A stretch of DNA of 64,000 nt from an uncultured archaeon (GCA_964558645.1 CAZLEV010000001.1:221568-285567), one strand, 5' to 3'; shown: positions 41,456 to 51,850, counted from the stretch's first letter. Translations and numbers: made by a program. Notes: generated from the sequence alone by a model not told the origin.

Positions 41456-43471
41456 TTGGGTCCCAAGGGCGTGACTGGATTGAACCCCGAAGAGAAGGCA
41501 GATCGGCATTATGATACTAGCCCCCGCTATGCTGCTCTCGTCAAGAACATGGTGAATGCCTTCGCTCGACACAGAATCATCACAGATGATGAGGGACGAC
41601 CAATTGACTACGAGTTTCTCGAGGTGAATGGTTCCTTCGAGGACATGACCGGACTCAAGAGAAAACAGGTGCTGGGACGACGTGTGAGTGAGTGCATTCC
41701 AGGGATCAGGGAGGACGAGTTCGATTGGATCGGGACATACGGAGAGGTGGCTCTGACCGGTAAGAGCATATCCTTTGACCAGTATTCTAAACCGCTTGAC
41801 CGATGGTATTCAGTCACCGCTTTCAGCCCTCAGAAGGGAGAGTTCGTGACCATCTTCACTGAGATCACCGAACATGTGAAGACCGAGGAACATCTACGAA
41901 GGACTCTGGAGGAGCTCGAACGGCTTGACAGGGCCTATCGAGTGCTAAGCCGGGGAAACCAGACCATGCTCAAGGCTCAGGAAGAAGACAGACTCTTGGA
42001 TGATGTCTGTCGAGTAGTAGTGGAGAATGGAGGATACCCACTGGCCTGGATTGGGTACTTGGGTGACAATCAGGGACAGACCGCAACCCCAATGGGTGTC
42101 TACGGTAAGGACTACGGTTTCGTTAAACAGACCATACGCGTCATGGACAGAGACCCTGGCGAAACCCCCTGTGGACTAGCACTGAAGAAAGGAAAACCCT
42201 TCGTCCATCGTGAGTCGGACCACCGACCTAGTTATTGGTGGGGGCGAGTGATGAAGCAACACGGTTTCGAGTCGGTCACTATATTCCCATTGAAGGTGGC
42301 AGGGAGCATGATAGGATTCCTCAGCATCTACTCACACGAACCGAGTGCATTCGCGATGGAGGAGGTCGCAGTTCTAGAGGAGCTATCGCGTGACCTTTCT
42401 TATGGCATAGAAATGGTGAGAACTCGAGAGGAACGCAATGGTCTTCAATGGGAGATAAATAGGAAGTCTGTGTTCCTCGAAGCAATCCTCAACTCTACAC
42501 GGGATGGACTGCTGGTGGTGAGTAACGATAGGGAGGTGCTCTACACCAATGAGCGCTTTCTTGATCTCTGGAAGATTCCGAGGAGTATCGCGGAGTATGC
42601 GAACGACTATGAGCTCATCAGCCATGTGAGAGAGCAGCTGATCGATCCTGATGAGTTTGAGCAAAGGATTGCCGATATGATGAGCTCCACAGATTCCTCC
42701 GTCGATGTCCTTCATTTCAAAGACGGTCGCGTGTTCAACCGCGCGTCACAGCCACTGCTCCATGAGGGTAAGATGATAGGACGGGTCTGGAGTTTCACTG
42801 ATGTCACACCGATTGCCCGTGCCAGGAGTACAGCTGAACTCTATTTGGACCTCCTCACCCATGATATCAGAAACGCCATGCAGGGTATCAGTCTTGGAAC
42901 AGGTCTCATTGATGCCGCCGAAGATGATCAAGGACTGGTGGACTCTGCTCTTGAGCAGATACAAGAGGCAACGGACAGATGCATTCGACTCATTTCGAAG
43001 GCTCAGAGCATAAAAGGGATCGGGGCCGAGCCCCTGCGGAGGGTATCGTTGAGTCAGGCCGTGCGAGAATGCACTGAGGCTCTTCGGGCAGAGTGGCGAG
43101 ATACTAATGTGAGTGTTGAGATCTCGGATGATTCCGCTACTATTATGGCCGACTCTTATCTCGATAGGCTCATCATGAATCTACTGGAGAATGCAGTCGA
43201 ACACAACGACAGGGAATCACGAGAAGTGCATGTGCGCCTTGAACAGCTGGGGCCGGGATTCGAGCTCTCCATAGCGGACAACGGGCCGGGAATTCCCCCG
43301 CAAAGACGGGAGGAGTTGCTTGACCCAGATAGACGGTATGGTGGGGTCGGACTGCACATCGTATCACAGATAGTGGAGAAGTACGGCGGACAGATGGCGA
43401 TAGATGCTCGGAAAAAGGATGAACCATCTGCTGGGTCAGTGGTGAGAGTATGGATTCCGTCGGCGATATGA
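41456..43471 (+). CDS. PAS-GAF-PAS histidine kinase
   Basis: DYEFLEVN PAS, GAF (GYPLAWIG...FPL...G.L.IYS), second PAS, THDIRN, DNGPGI, GVGL; start uncertain. Confidence 0.92.
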   Translation: MGPKGVTGLNPEEKADRHYDTSPRYAALVKNMVNAFARHRIITDDEGRPIDYEFLEVNGSFEDMTGLKRKQVLGRRVSECIPGIREDEFDWIGTYGEVALTGKSISFDQYSKPLDRWYSVTAFSPQKGEFVTIFTEITEHVKTEEHLRRTLEELERLDRAYRVLSRGNQTMLKAQEEDRLLDDVCRVVVENGGYPLAWIGYLGDNQGQTATPMGVYGKDYGFVKQTIRVMDRDPGETPCGLALKKGKPFVHRESDHRPSYWWGRVMKQHGFESVTIFPLKVAGSMIGFLSIYSHEPSAFAMEEVAVLEELSRDLSYGIEMVRTREERNGLQWEINRKSVFLEAILNSTRDGLLVVSNDREVLYTNERFLDLWKIPRSIAEYANDYELISHVREQLIDPDEFEQRIADMMSSTDSSVDVLHFKDGRVFNRASQPLLHEGKMIGRVWSFTDVTPIARARSTAELYLDLLTHDIRNAMQGISLGTGLIDAAEDDQGLVDSALEQIQEATDRCIRLISKAQSIKGIGAEPLRRVSLSQAVRECTEALRAEWRDTNVSVEISDDSATIMADSYLDRLIMNLLENAVEHNDRESREVHVRLEQLGPGFELSIADNGPGIPPQRREELLDPDRRYGGVGLHIVSQIVEKYGGQMAIDARKKDEPSAGSVVRVWIPSAI

Positions 43472-43906
43472 TGGAAAGCGGGCTGCCGCCGATCATCCTA
43501 GTGCAAGAATGCAGGTTACGACCTTTCTGTTGTAACCGGTTGGATATCCAAGATCCTAGAAACCTTTAGGCCTACTGAGGGAGTAGATGATTAAGCGGAC
43601 AAACGTAGGGTCAGTGGTGGCGCTGCTCAAGAACTCAGATGTTAGGCGCGCGTGCATGGAGGTAGGGCATGGTTCCACAGCCCGTCATGACTAATATCTC
43701 ATAATAGGATATAAATGATTCCGTGACGGACGATGCCGCTTGCGGTATGGGTTTTACATATCTGACCGGCTTCCATCGGAGTCCCTCGCCGTTGATGTCA
43801 TCTCTGAAGGCACAAGCATTCCTGCACATGATAGTTGGCGGCTGACTGGTCAAACTGAGGTGACTGGATTACGTTGGATTATGGTGCCTATGATACTCCT
43901 CCGGAA

Positions 43907-43924
43907 GTACCGTCACATGACGGC
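43907..43924. promoter_or_regulatory. Palindromic operator, site 1
   Basis: GTACCGTCACATGACGGC; TTTTAT 8 nt after TGACGG; upstream of 44004. Confidence 0.75.
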
Positions 43925-44003
43925 TGATGACTTTTATCGGTGTTCTTTCAGTCCAGCATTGTCTGAATCTAGAACAACCTAGGTTCGAGCTGAGGAATTT
44001 ACA

Positions 44004-44210
44004 ATGAGTGAAAAGCAGCATAGAATTGACATTGCTTGGATCCTGGCAACTCTGGGACTTCTGGGAACTATCATGGTGGCCTTCGTGCATCTACTCACAC
44101 TTCAAGACCCTGTGAGTTCCATCGTGTACCAACTAGTGTGTGTGAGCTTCATTCTCTGTGGTATCTTCTTGGCTCTATACTCTCCTCCAACTGAGGAAGT
44201 GACAGTCTAG
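44004..44210 (+). CDS. Small 2-TM membrane protein
   Basis: 68 aa, two hydrophobic helices, GAGGA upstream. Confidence 0.7.
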   Translation: MSEKQHRIDIAWILATLGLLGTIMVAFVHLLTLQDPVSSIVYQLVCVSFILCGIFLALYSPPTEEVTV

Positions 44211-44557
44211 CGAGCCCACCAGCCTAGGGCAATCCGCTCACCTGATTGTTTCTGGATAGTGCAGTAGTCCCCTCTAGGCAATACGGTTGGGTTCTGCGTT
44301 GTCCTTCACTCAGCTATCTGAAAGATGTCCTGATCCAGATTGCGATGGTGCAATCTCGAGGTGTCTTCGGTCATAGCTAACTAGGTGAAGAACCATCAAC
44401 TATCATTCTCTCTAAGAGAATCATCATCGAGGAAAAGAGGTACTATCGTTGCGGGGAAGAGTTCTAACATGCACGAGGAGAGAAGCAGTATTTCCAGAGA
44501 GGACATCGGCCGCGTAGGGGTCTGCGCAATGACTCCGTTGGCGAGAGGAGGGGCGAC

Positions 44558-44575
44558 CAACAGTCACACGACGGC
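44558..44575. promoter_or_regulatory. Palindromic operator, site 2 (variant)
   Basis: CAACAGTCACACGACGGC upstream of the DUF3795 gene at 44636. Confidence 0.55.
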
Positions 44576-44635
44576 TGAAAGTAGAATAGTCCCCTTGCAC
44601 CTAGCATGTACTACTAACAAGGGAGATGGCACAAC

Positions 44636-44899
44636 ATGGATGAGAATCTACTTGCTCCGTGTGGACACTACTGTGGTTCCTGCGTAGTGTTCACAAAGGG
44701 AAAATGTCTGGGCTGTCGGGAAGAAGGAAAGAAGCGAGCTGCCGAGGGAATCGAGTTTTGTAAGATTCAGGAGTGTGCAACTCAACGGGGCGTTGCGTGT
44801 CACGAGTGTCCCGGCATGCCCTGTGACCGATATGGAGATTCGATATATAATAGCGGCTTCATCGATTGGATACGCGAGGAGCTTCAAAAGACCGCCTGA
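44636..44899 (+). CDS. DUF3795 family Cys-rich protein
   Basis: APCGHYCGSC.....CLGC...C.I..C......CHEC...PC. Confidence 0.85.
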   Translation: MDENLLAPCGHYCGSCVVFTKGKCLGCREEGKKRAAEGIEFCKIQECATQRGVACHECPGMPCDRYGDSIYNSGFIDWIREELQKTA

Positions 44900-44936
44900 C
44901 TCAGGCGATCTCATGATTGGGATCTACATAGCATAC

Positions 44937-45417
44937 CTAAGAGTGACCATGGCACATCTTGCCATTGAGGTGGTGCACAAAGTGGTCGCCCCTTCTCTTG
45001 AACCCTAGGCGGCGGTATAGAGTAGAAGTCGCATTTGCAGCCAGGAGGAAGACTTTGTCGACACCCATATTGGCGCACTCTTCCAAGACCTGACGAATCA
45101 TCTCGCTTGCGATCCCCTGTCTTCTCCGGTGGGGCTCTACAAACAGGTTGTGAAGGTATGCATCCACACCATTCGGCCCCTTGGGTCGTTGGTAGCGTAC
45201 ACATCGATGCAAGAGCACAGCCTCCCACCACTTCCTTCTCCTTGTATGCCAGAAAGCAAATGGGTCCATCATCCCAATTCTCTTCTAGGTGCTCCCTAAC
45301 CGATGCAGCCGTCAGCTCGAGTGAGTTACTATCCCATCCCATGGTTCGGAGCAGCTCGACTCGGTGGCGTACAATGAGTTCAACATGCGTGGGGTTAGCT
45401 CGAATCACTTGAATCAT
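44937..45417 (-). pseudogene. GNAT acetyltransferase with a +1 frameshift (paralogue of 55178-55657)
   Basis: N-half in ORF 44911-45417, C-half (PNGVDAYLHNLFVEPHRRRQGIA) in ORF 44937-45272; span 481 nt versus 480 nt in the paralogue; extra base near 45183. Confidence 0.85.
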
Positions 45418-45604
45418 GTATCTTCCACTCTCTTGCTATTCCTGCTAGGCTTGTGACAGAATGTACATGCCATGGTAATCATTCCCTCCGGGTGCCTCGA
45501 TGTTAGGTGCACCGAGGCCGGAAGAGATGTACGGAGTCTCCCTCACGCATCCGTTTGCCCTCGGAGATAGAGAGACCCTTTCAGTGGGTCACGAAATCAT
45601 GACC
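45418..45604 (-). ncRNA. Putative structured 5' leader, copy A
   Basis: Hairpins at 45587-45604 and 45494-45518 and a CTCTCTATCTC block, all shared with 55658-55847. Confidence 0.45.
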
Positions 45605-45640
45605 AGTGTCACATCCAGGGCGAAGGGTTCTTAGTGTCCT

Positions 45641-45658
45641 GCCGGCATGTGACTGTAT
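45641..45658. promoter_or_regulatory. Palindromic operator, site 3
   Basis: Minus strand ATACAGTCACATGCCGGC, then 8 nt, then TAAGAA; same layout as site 8. Confidence 0.65.
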
Positions 45659-45668
45659 CGGCCGGTCG

Positions 45669-45886
45669 TCAGATACAATACAGCGATGCCATGAGTTCGC
45701 TCAGTTCTGTTTCGAGTATCTCGTCTACTGGGGTGGCGGTTCCAAGCAGAAACAATGTGACCGGGGACAACTGGGTTTCGGTTCTCCGTGAGGGGATCTT
45801 GGCGAGCGCGATGCCGCTTCTCTACTTGATAGACCCCCAGGATAGGTGATTCAGCCACACCATCGGCACACATCATCCAACATCAT
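45669..45886 (-). pseudogene. Degraded HIT-family hydrolase remnant
   Basis: Across frames: MLDDVCRWCG*...NPVVPGHIVSAWNRH...VDEILETELSELM, resembling the HIT CxxC...NP..PGH.L..PKRH...EL.EL pattern. Confidence 0.4.
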
Positions 45887-46181
45887 GACCTAGTCTACAG
45901 TGTGCGTTCGCTTGAGAGTTCTCCCTCTCATCTCAAGACCCGCTGTATCTGATCACCTCTGTTCTCAGCACAACAGGCCACAGAGTGATACCGAGAGAAA
46001 CACAAGACCAACCCAGATGGCTGAAAGAGACGTGAGGTGAGCCATCGAGTGTCAAGGGGAAGGGGCTCAACACTCACATCAAAGGGAACATCCTCCCTAC
46101 GCCTCCAACCCGCCGTTCCCAGTACCGTACCGGCGTCCACGCATCAAATCTCAGCCCCTACTGGGAATTCGCTCTCGCCCC

Positions 46182-49100
46182 TCATAGGTTCCTCAGAATG
46201 AGACCAGGTTCTTCGAGCATCGCCTTTTGGGCAGCCAAGTAACAGATTACGACCATGACGAGAAACTCGATGAACAGGAAGGGAAGAATCGTAGCAAGAG
46301 GGAACGCAAGCGTGTATGCACGGAGCAGTTTGAACGGCGCAAGACCAAACGTCAGTACCGTCATGGCATAACCAAAAACGGATCCGATGATGATGCTTGT
46401 CGCAGCGGATGACATGATATTTCCTGCGAACTCTCCGAAGACTAGAGCCGTGATGTGTCTTCTTGTTCCTCCAAGTGCTCGAAAGGTAGCATACTCCATC
46501 TGTTTCTCATAGATTGCGGATGTCAGAAACAGGAGAATGCAGGCAAAGCTCAACGCCATTGCCATGTATACCATGACTTCACTCAGTCCCTGCAGGCCGG
46601 ACAGGAAAAGGGCCACCGATGGGGCAAGTTTCTCCCAGTCGAGGGTTTCGATTGAGCAGGCATCAACCCCGGGCAGGTTGTCGAGATAAGAAACAACTCT
46701 CGTGTGATTGGCGAAAGGTGCCAGTCTCACAAAGAAAAGATTTATGGACCTCTTGCTCACAATACTGGTAAGAAACTCTTGATTTACTAGCGCAAACCCC
46801 CCTCTTCCTACCTGGAACCCCAAGAGCGAAACGAATGCATCTACAGGGAGGTCCGCAGTTGCTGCCATACCTAGTCCTGGTGCACTCCTCATCACACCCA
46901 CAATTTGGAATTGGTGAGTGATGAGTTGACCCATTACGTCAAGACTGACATCGATATCCTCGCCAACACTCACATTCCAGGTGTCTGCGTAATGAGAGCT
47001 GACCACAATTCCGTTGCAAGTGTTAGAGAGCGCCGTAAGGACCTCCTCAGGAGAGGAATCAATGAAGTCGCTCTGTTGCACCTTCGCGATTGTGAGGAAC
47101 TCGTCTGGTACGATACCTTCGAGGAAGAATGAGTTGGAGCCAGCAGATGCTGCAACCTCAAAAATGGGAGTTGCCTGATAGACACCGGGAACAGCGAGCA
47201 GTGTCCTTTCGAACTCGAGTTCTCCCTGTTGAACTTGGACGCGAACATCCGCTCCTATCGCATGCTGCAATTCATATCTGATGTTCTGATCCAAACTTGC
47301 ACTCTGTACCAACACGATTGTCGCCGCACTGAGTGTTAGGTTTAAGATCGCCAACAGGGGAATGAGATGCCCTTTTCGTCTCCTGAGACTCCGACTCAGA
47401 TAGAGGCTCTTCTCTCCCAGGAGGAAGCTGATTCGCTCCAAGACGAGTGCAGCTGCGCAACGGATGACTTGAGCCGAATAATAAGCGGTGAGTAGCAGAG
47501 CTCCCGAAGTCACTGCCACGCCAGCTACAGCCATGACTCCTGCAGGAAGGAGCGCCGTCGGCAAGACTACTGCGATGGTGAGCAAGGTCACAAGAATCCC
47601 CAACTGGAGCTTGATATGGTGCTCTTCGGTCGCTCCGTGTTCGACGATTGTCATAGGTTGACCGATCTCGAAGACTGCCACGTTGCGAGAAACGTGGACA
47701 AGATAGGTCGTGGGAAGTACTAGCGATATCCCTCCTGCCAGCGCAAGTGAGAGCCATGGCACTGAGAGGTTGCTCCAGTAGATCAAATACTCGGTCGGAT
47801 TAAATGTCAAGAGGCCCATCCTGGAGTCGATGAGCGGTGCTAGGATTACGGAGAGCGCGATACCGACAATGAAGGTCAGTACGGATAGTATTGAGGCCTC
47901 GCACAGGAATGTGGCCAATATCTGATTATAGGAGGCCCCCTTGGCTCTCAGGGTGCTCACCTCTCTCTTCCGCCTGCGGACTGAGATGTCTGAAGTCAAG
48001 ACTGATAGCACTAGACTCATGACCAGCAAAGGGACTACCGCAACCGTGAGTATTCTACTCTGGGAGTAGGCTGCGATAATCCTATCGAGAAACATTGTCT
48101 CAGCGACTCCGAGAGCGTTAATGGTTGGATATTCTTCCTCAATGTAGGTCATGATGTTTCGGATGTTGGCACCCATACTCTCTACACCCGCCCGAAGAAG
48201 ACTCTGTTCTGAGGTCCGGATGAAGACTCTGGGCGGAAAGAAGCCTCTATCTCGTATCTCGTTGAGATTAGCCTCCCTCACTTGATCTTGTAGCATTATG
48301 ACTGCGTCGGTAAGGCCTAAGACTTCCACAGGTTCTTCGAAGGGGTCCCAATTCTTCCGATGGATTGAGGAGAACAGCCCGCTAAGCATGGAGCGTCGTT
48401 TTATATCGAAAATGCCCGCAACTCTCAAACCGTCTATGTCAAGCTTGCCGAGTTTCTCAGGAGTTTTTGACACCGCTGGATCTCCTCCAAATCTCAGAAG
48501 GTCAAAGCTCATCTCCATGCCTGTGCGGACCGGAATCCCGTACACCTCATTGAAGAAGGATGCGAACCCGTTGGAGACGAGGACCTCTCCCAGACTCAGG
48601 GAGAACTCGCCCTCCCAGATGAACTCTCTGGACCAATAGTCGAGAGATTTGCTGTCAACAAAGATGACCCGGGTGTCTTTGAGCCCTTGTGCATAGTTCA
48701 TGTCCATCACACGATAATGGTGCCAATCGGAATCTTGCGGCATCCTGACTATGCCGATTGTAGTAGGTGAGAGGTCGGTCGATTCCACGAATATGCTCTC
48801 TTCCGCAGCCTCCTGAGCCTGGAGAAGATGTTGGATGTTCAGCTCAGAACCTGATTCTCTCAGGGCAATCTGATAGCTGCTGTCCTGAAAATAGTCGTGG
48901 GATGCAAGAGTCATCCCTGTCGAAGTCCAGATGAAGACAGTCGTAGGAATGGCAAGGCTCAGGCTCAACACGAAGACTGTGGCAATACTCTGGAGCTTGT
49001 GGTCTTTCAGAGAAGACAGCGCGTGACTTGTTGGCCAAATCAGACCGGCAACAATCGTGCTTCTCTGGTCATTTCTCGGAGCCGGCATGACCCATCCCAC
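46182..49100 (-). CDS. Large FtsX/MacB-type ABC permease
   Basis: RRKREVSTLRAKGAS, IGADVRV, EYATFRALGG; 972 aa. Confidence 0.9.
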   Translation of the reverse strand: MGWVMPAPRNDQRSTIVAGLIWPTSHALSSLKDHKLQSIATVFVLSLSLAIPTTVFIWTSTGMTLASHDYFQDSSYQIALRESGSELNIQHLLQAQEAAEESIFVESTDLSPTTIGIVRMPQDSDWHHYRVMDMNYAQGLKDTRVIFVDSKSLDYWSREFIWEGEFSLSLGEVLVSNGFASFFNEVYGIPVRTGMEMSFDLLRFGGDPAVSKTPEKLGKLDIDGLRVAGIFDIKRRSMLSGLFSSIHRKNWDPFEEPVEVLGLTDAVIMLQDQVREANLNEIRDRGFFPPRVFIRTSEQSLLRAGVESMGANIRNIMTYIEEEYPTINALGVAETMFLDRIIAAYSQSRILTVAVVPLLVMSLVLSVLTSDISVRRRKREVSTLRAKGASYNQILATFLCEASILSVLTFIVGIALSVILAPLIDSRMGLLTFNPTEYLIYWSNLSVPWLSLALAGGISLVLPTTYLVHVSRNVAVFEIGQPMTIVEHGATEEHHIKLQLGILVTLLTIAVVLPTALLPAGVMAVAGVAVTSGALLLTAYYSAQVIRCAAALVLERISFLLGEKSLYLSRSLRRRKGHLIPLLAILNLTLSAATIVLVQSASLDQNIRYELQHAIGADVRVQVQQGELEFERTLLAVPGVYQATPIFEVAASAGSNSFFLEGIVPDEFLTIAKVQQSDFIDSSPEEVLTALSNTCNGIVVSSHYADTWNVSVGEDIDVSLDVMGQLITHQFQIVGVMRSAPGLGMAATADLPVDAFVSLLGFQVGRGGFALVNQEFLTSIVSKRSINLFFVRLAPFANHTRVVSYLDNLPGVDACSIETLDWEKLAPSVALFLSGLQGLSEVMVYMAMALSFACILLFLTSAIYEKQMEYATFRALGGTRRHITALVFGEFAGNIMSSAATSIIIGSVFGYAMTVLTFGLAPFKLLRAYTLAFPLATILPFLFIEFLVMVVICYLAAQKAMLEEPGLILRNL

Positions 49101-49370
49101 CCGTGTGTCTCCTCACATCTTCAGACTGAGACCACGGAAGCAGGTAAGAGCCTGTGCCTTCTGCGTCTTGATTTCTTCCGAGCGTTTCTGTATATGTCTG
49201 TGAGATTCAGGATAGTCACACGGCCGAGCGGGAAAGCAGTGTTCAACTGGACGTTGCCTGCATCTCTGTTTCACTGCTACTGGCGCCACATTGCAAGAAT
49301 CCCATCGATTGACTGTCTTCACCATCATCCATCAGCATGGACGAGCTCAGTGGGAATGATAGTAAACTTT

Positions 49371-49388
49371 GTACCGTCATATGACAGC
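49371..49388. promoter_or_regulatory. Palindromic operator, site 4
   Basis: GTACCGTCATATGACAGC, preceded by GTAAACTTT (minus strand AAAGTTTAC, BRE/TATA-like). Confidence 0.78.
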
Positions 49389-49476
49389 ATCCGGGTAAGC
49401 CGCAAACTCAACGCAATGTTTCTCAAGGAACACTTGGTCTCTGATGGCCCCCCTGAGCCAATTTGTATGGCTTGAC

Positions 49477-50180
49477 TCATGTTTCCAGTCGAGGAAAGGA
49501 CTCGATGATCCGACTGAGATTGATCTCCTCCCGTTTCGATTCGGGAGCCTTCCGGAAGAGCTCGAGATAAGGAACGATTGCAGCGATGAGCTTGTTCTCC
49601 GCCTTTCGGAGATGGTCTGAATGTCTGCCCTTCGTGGCATTTGATAGTATCCGTTCGTGTAGGCAGTGAGGAGCGCCTCAATCTGCTTGTCGGTGAGTTC
49701 AGAGAACAGAGCATCAGCGGTGAGGGTGAGGGAACTGGCTATGAATCCATCAAAGGGCACCTTCCTGAGGATCTCATACGTGATGTCTCGCTGATCTAGA
49801 AGACGCATAACCTCTCTTACGTCCGACTGCTTGAAAGCTATAAGCCGATAGTGTTCCCACCCCTCCATATAGACCACGGGGCTGATCTGAAGCAGATTAC
49901 AGGCGTCAAACAAGACGGTGACAGAGTTCTCAGCATTGCATTGGCAGTCCTGAATGATCGCGTGGATATTTCCACAATCCGAGAAATGTTCTATCGTTAC
50001 TCCGATTTCTGTCGCCGCCTTTAGGAGATGCTCGGTGTCCTCATCCTCCTTTGTCACGAACTCCATGATCTCATATTGCCGATTGCACCAGAGGAACATC
50101 TTGACGTCGGAGAAGTCCCGTGACAGATTGGCAAAAGGGCAGTCATGAGTCAGACGCAAGAGAATCTCGAACATCGTCAT
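49477..50180 (-). pseudogene. Bat/HTH_10-type transcription regulator with a 43-bp deletion in the HTH
   Basis: Colinear with 59638-60384 (747 nt) but 704 nt long; junction CATCTC at 49609-49614; original C-terminus (HLRKAENKL...FPRLET*) is in the shifted frame. Confidence 0.9.
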
Positions 50181-50188
50181 ATGACAGA
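50171..50188. promoter_or_regulatory. Operator site 5, overlapping the regulator start codon
   Basis: ACATCGTCATATGACAGA spans the ATG at 50180. Confidence 0.65.
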
Positions 50189-50216
50189 ATCTGTACTCAG
50201 CGCATATATGTCCTGA

Positions 50217-50234
50217 GTCGTCATGTGACGGTAC
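50217..50234. promoter_or_regulatory. Operator site 6, upstream of the regulator TATA box
   Basis: Minus strand GTACCGTCACATGACGAC, then 8 nt, then ATATAT; ATG about 25 nt further on. Confidence 0.78.
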
Positions 50235-50413
50235 CATACTCCGGTGGCCATTTCTTATGATGCCGTCCCAAGACTCGGACAGGTCCTCTGTGAGAGGGGG
50301 GACTGATGCTACTGTGCGGAGATGATACCTGCTCTGTGTCGACATTGATGAACACATCAGATCCCCCCTTCAGATGCGCGATACCGATTGGAGAAGAGAG
50401 TAGACCGGTAGGA

Positions 50414-50779
50414 CTAGTCAGCATCTCTCATCTCTCTCAGCAACTGAACCGCCTTAGCGTATTTCTCGGATTTTTGCGACCAAGATGTCAGATGGTCGCA
50501 CACGAAGTCATCGCACTCCGAGCAGTGACGCAGACCATGCTGGTCAACACAGCACTTCAATATGTGGCAGTCTGGGCTCCAGTGAATCTCACGGTCGCCC
50601 GGACAACCTCGGCAGTACATCTTCTTCTCCATAGCCTCTTTGACTCCCTCCTCCGGACCGATCCACTCCATACTCCGGTACCACTCAATCACTCTCTTGG
50701 CAGCCGATGTATCGGACGGCAAGAGTCGAATGTCACACTTCTCGCAGTCGATGCCGCAGGGCGCAATCATACTATCCAT
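50414..50779 (-). CDS. DUF3795 family Cys-rich protein
   Basis: APCGIDCEKC...CRGC.G....HWSPDC.I.KCC......HCSEC..F.C. Confidence 0.88.
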   Translation of the reverse strand: MDSMIAPCGIDCEKCDIRLLPSDTSAAKRVIEWYRSMEWIGPEEGVKEAMEKKMYCRGCPGDREIHWSPDCHILKCCVDQHGLRHCSECDDFVCDHLTSWSQKSEKYAKAVQLLREMRDAD

Positions 50780-50875
50780 GTCATATCACCTCCCACTCAA
50801 TCTGAAACTCAGAGCAGGAGAGTCTGCTCCAGTAAGTGGTCAGTTGACAGAGCTGTGCTATGTTCCGGACCTTCA

Positions 50876-51748
50876 TCAGCATCTATCACCACTATTCTCT
50901 TTTCTCAAGGTATTTCCCAGAGGTTGCAGAAGCTCCTCAAGAGAACCTAGTTCCAAATCGGGGATAATCACATCCCTGTAAGGTTCGTTTATGCTCCTAG
51001 TTGCAGGTCTCTCTATAAGTATCGACATGATTCCCGCGGCGTTTGCCCCAGCGATGTCGGTCTCAAGCAGGTTGCCAACCATCACCGTTTCATCGGGCGA
51101 GAACCCTGTCTTCTGGAGCAGTCTGCGGAAGGAGTCAGGAGATGGTTTACAGACCGTTGCAGCTCTGACACCGGCAGAGAACTCGATTGCTGCGACTAGA
51201 GCTCTGGGACCGATGGTGATCTCCTCATTTCCGAGGTATCTGGTCTGACAGATGGGTCGCTCATCTATATATAGAAGCCGAGCCCCATCTCTCACAAGTC
51301 GCACGGCAAAGGAGACCTCCTGAACCGTGAGCCCTCGATTCAGACCAACGATAACGAAGTCTGCTGGAGGGTTGACCACCACCTCTGCACCCTGAGCCAC
51401 AAGGTCCTCATGCATTGCACTCTCCCCAATTGCAAAACACCGTGCCCCGTCCTTCTCTGAGCTAATGTACTGCGCAGTCACTGACGAACCAGTGAAGACG
51501 AGATCTTGGGTAATCTTGAAGCCGGTCCTGTTCATCGCTTCCGTGATCTCTCGAACCGACATGAAGCATATGTTCGAATAGAGTGCGGTCGTCTTTCCGC
51601 ATGTCTGGAGAAGCCCATAGAGTGCAAGTGCGTCATCATAGAGCTCAGGACCGGTCAGGGATTTCCAGAGTGTTCCTCCTATGTCAAAGATCCAGAAATC
51701 CTTACGAACAGCACCGACCAATTCCCGGCAGATATCCGCCGTCTTCAT
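50876..51748 (-). CDS. HAD-IIA (NagD-like) hydrolase with degenerate catalytic motifs
   Basis: FDIGGTLW (DxD changed to DxG), KPS, MVGNLLETDI.GA (GD changed to GN). Confidence 0.85.
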   Translation of the reverse strand: MKTADICRELVGAVRKDFWIFDIGGTLWKSLTGPELYDDALALYGLLQTCGKTTALYSNICFMSVREITEAMNRTGFKITQDLVFTGSSVTAQYISSEKDGARCFAIGESAMHEDLVAQGAEVVVNPPADFVIVGLNRGLTVQEVSFAVRLVRDGARLLYIDERPICQTRYLGNEEITIGPRALVAAIEFSAGVRAATVCKPSPDSFRRLLQKTGFSPDETVMVGNLLETDIAGANAAGIMSILIERPATRSINEPYRDVIIPDLELGSLEELLQPLGNTLRKENSGDRC

Positions 51749-51850
51749 CTGTTGTCACCTCGAATGAGTCTCCACTCATTCACATCTATCAGTCCATCAG
51801 AGCATTCCAGGTGCATGACGGAACGTCATCTCCCTGCCGATGTAAACTTT

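Noticed and set aside
43587-43900. Decayed ORF with two in-frame stops; similar fragments at 32770-32965, 37590-37830, 39480-39930 and 44300-44470
   Set aside because: Probably eroded genes, but no family is recognisable without a database search.
49377-50357. 326-aa ORF as an intact gene
   Set aside because: The N-terminal 59 codons run through the promoter and the C-terminal tail is out-of-frame read-through after the 43-bp deletion. The real gene spans 49477-50180.
50837-50850. TGGTCAGTTGACAG as an additional operator upstream of the DUF3795 gene
   Set aside because: The core fits, but the flanks and spacing to a TATA-like box do not match the other sites. Left as uncertain.
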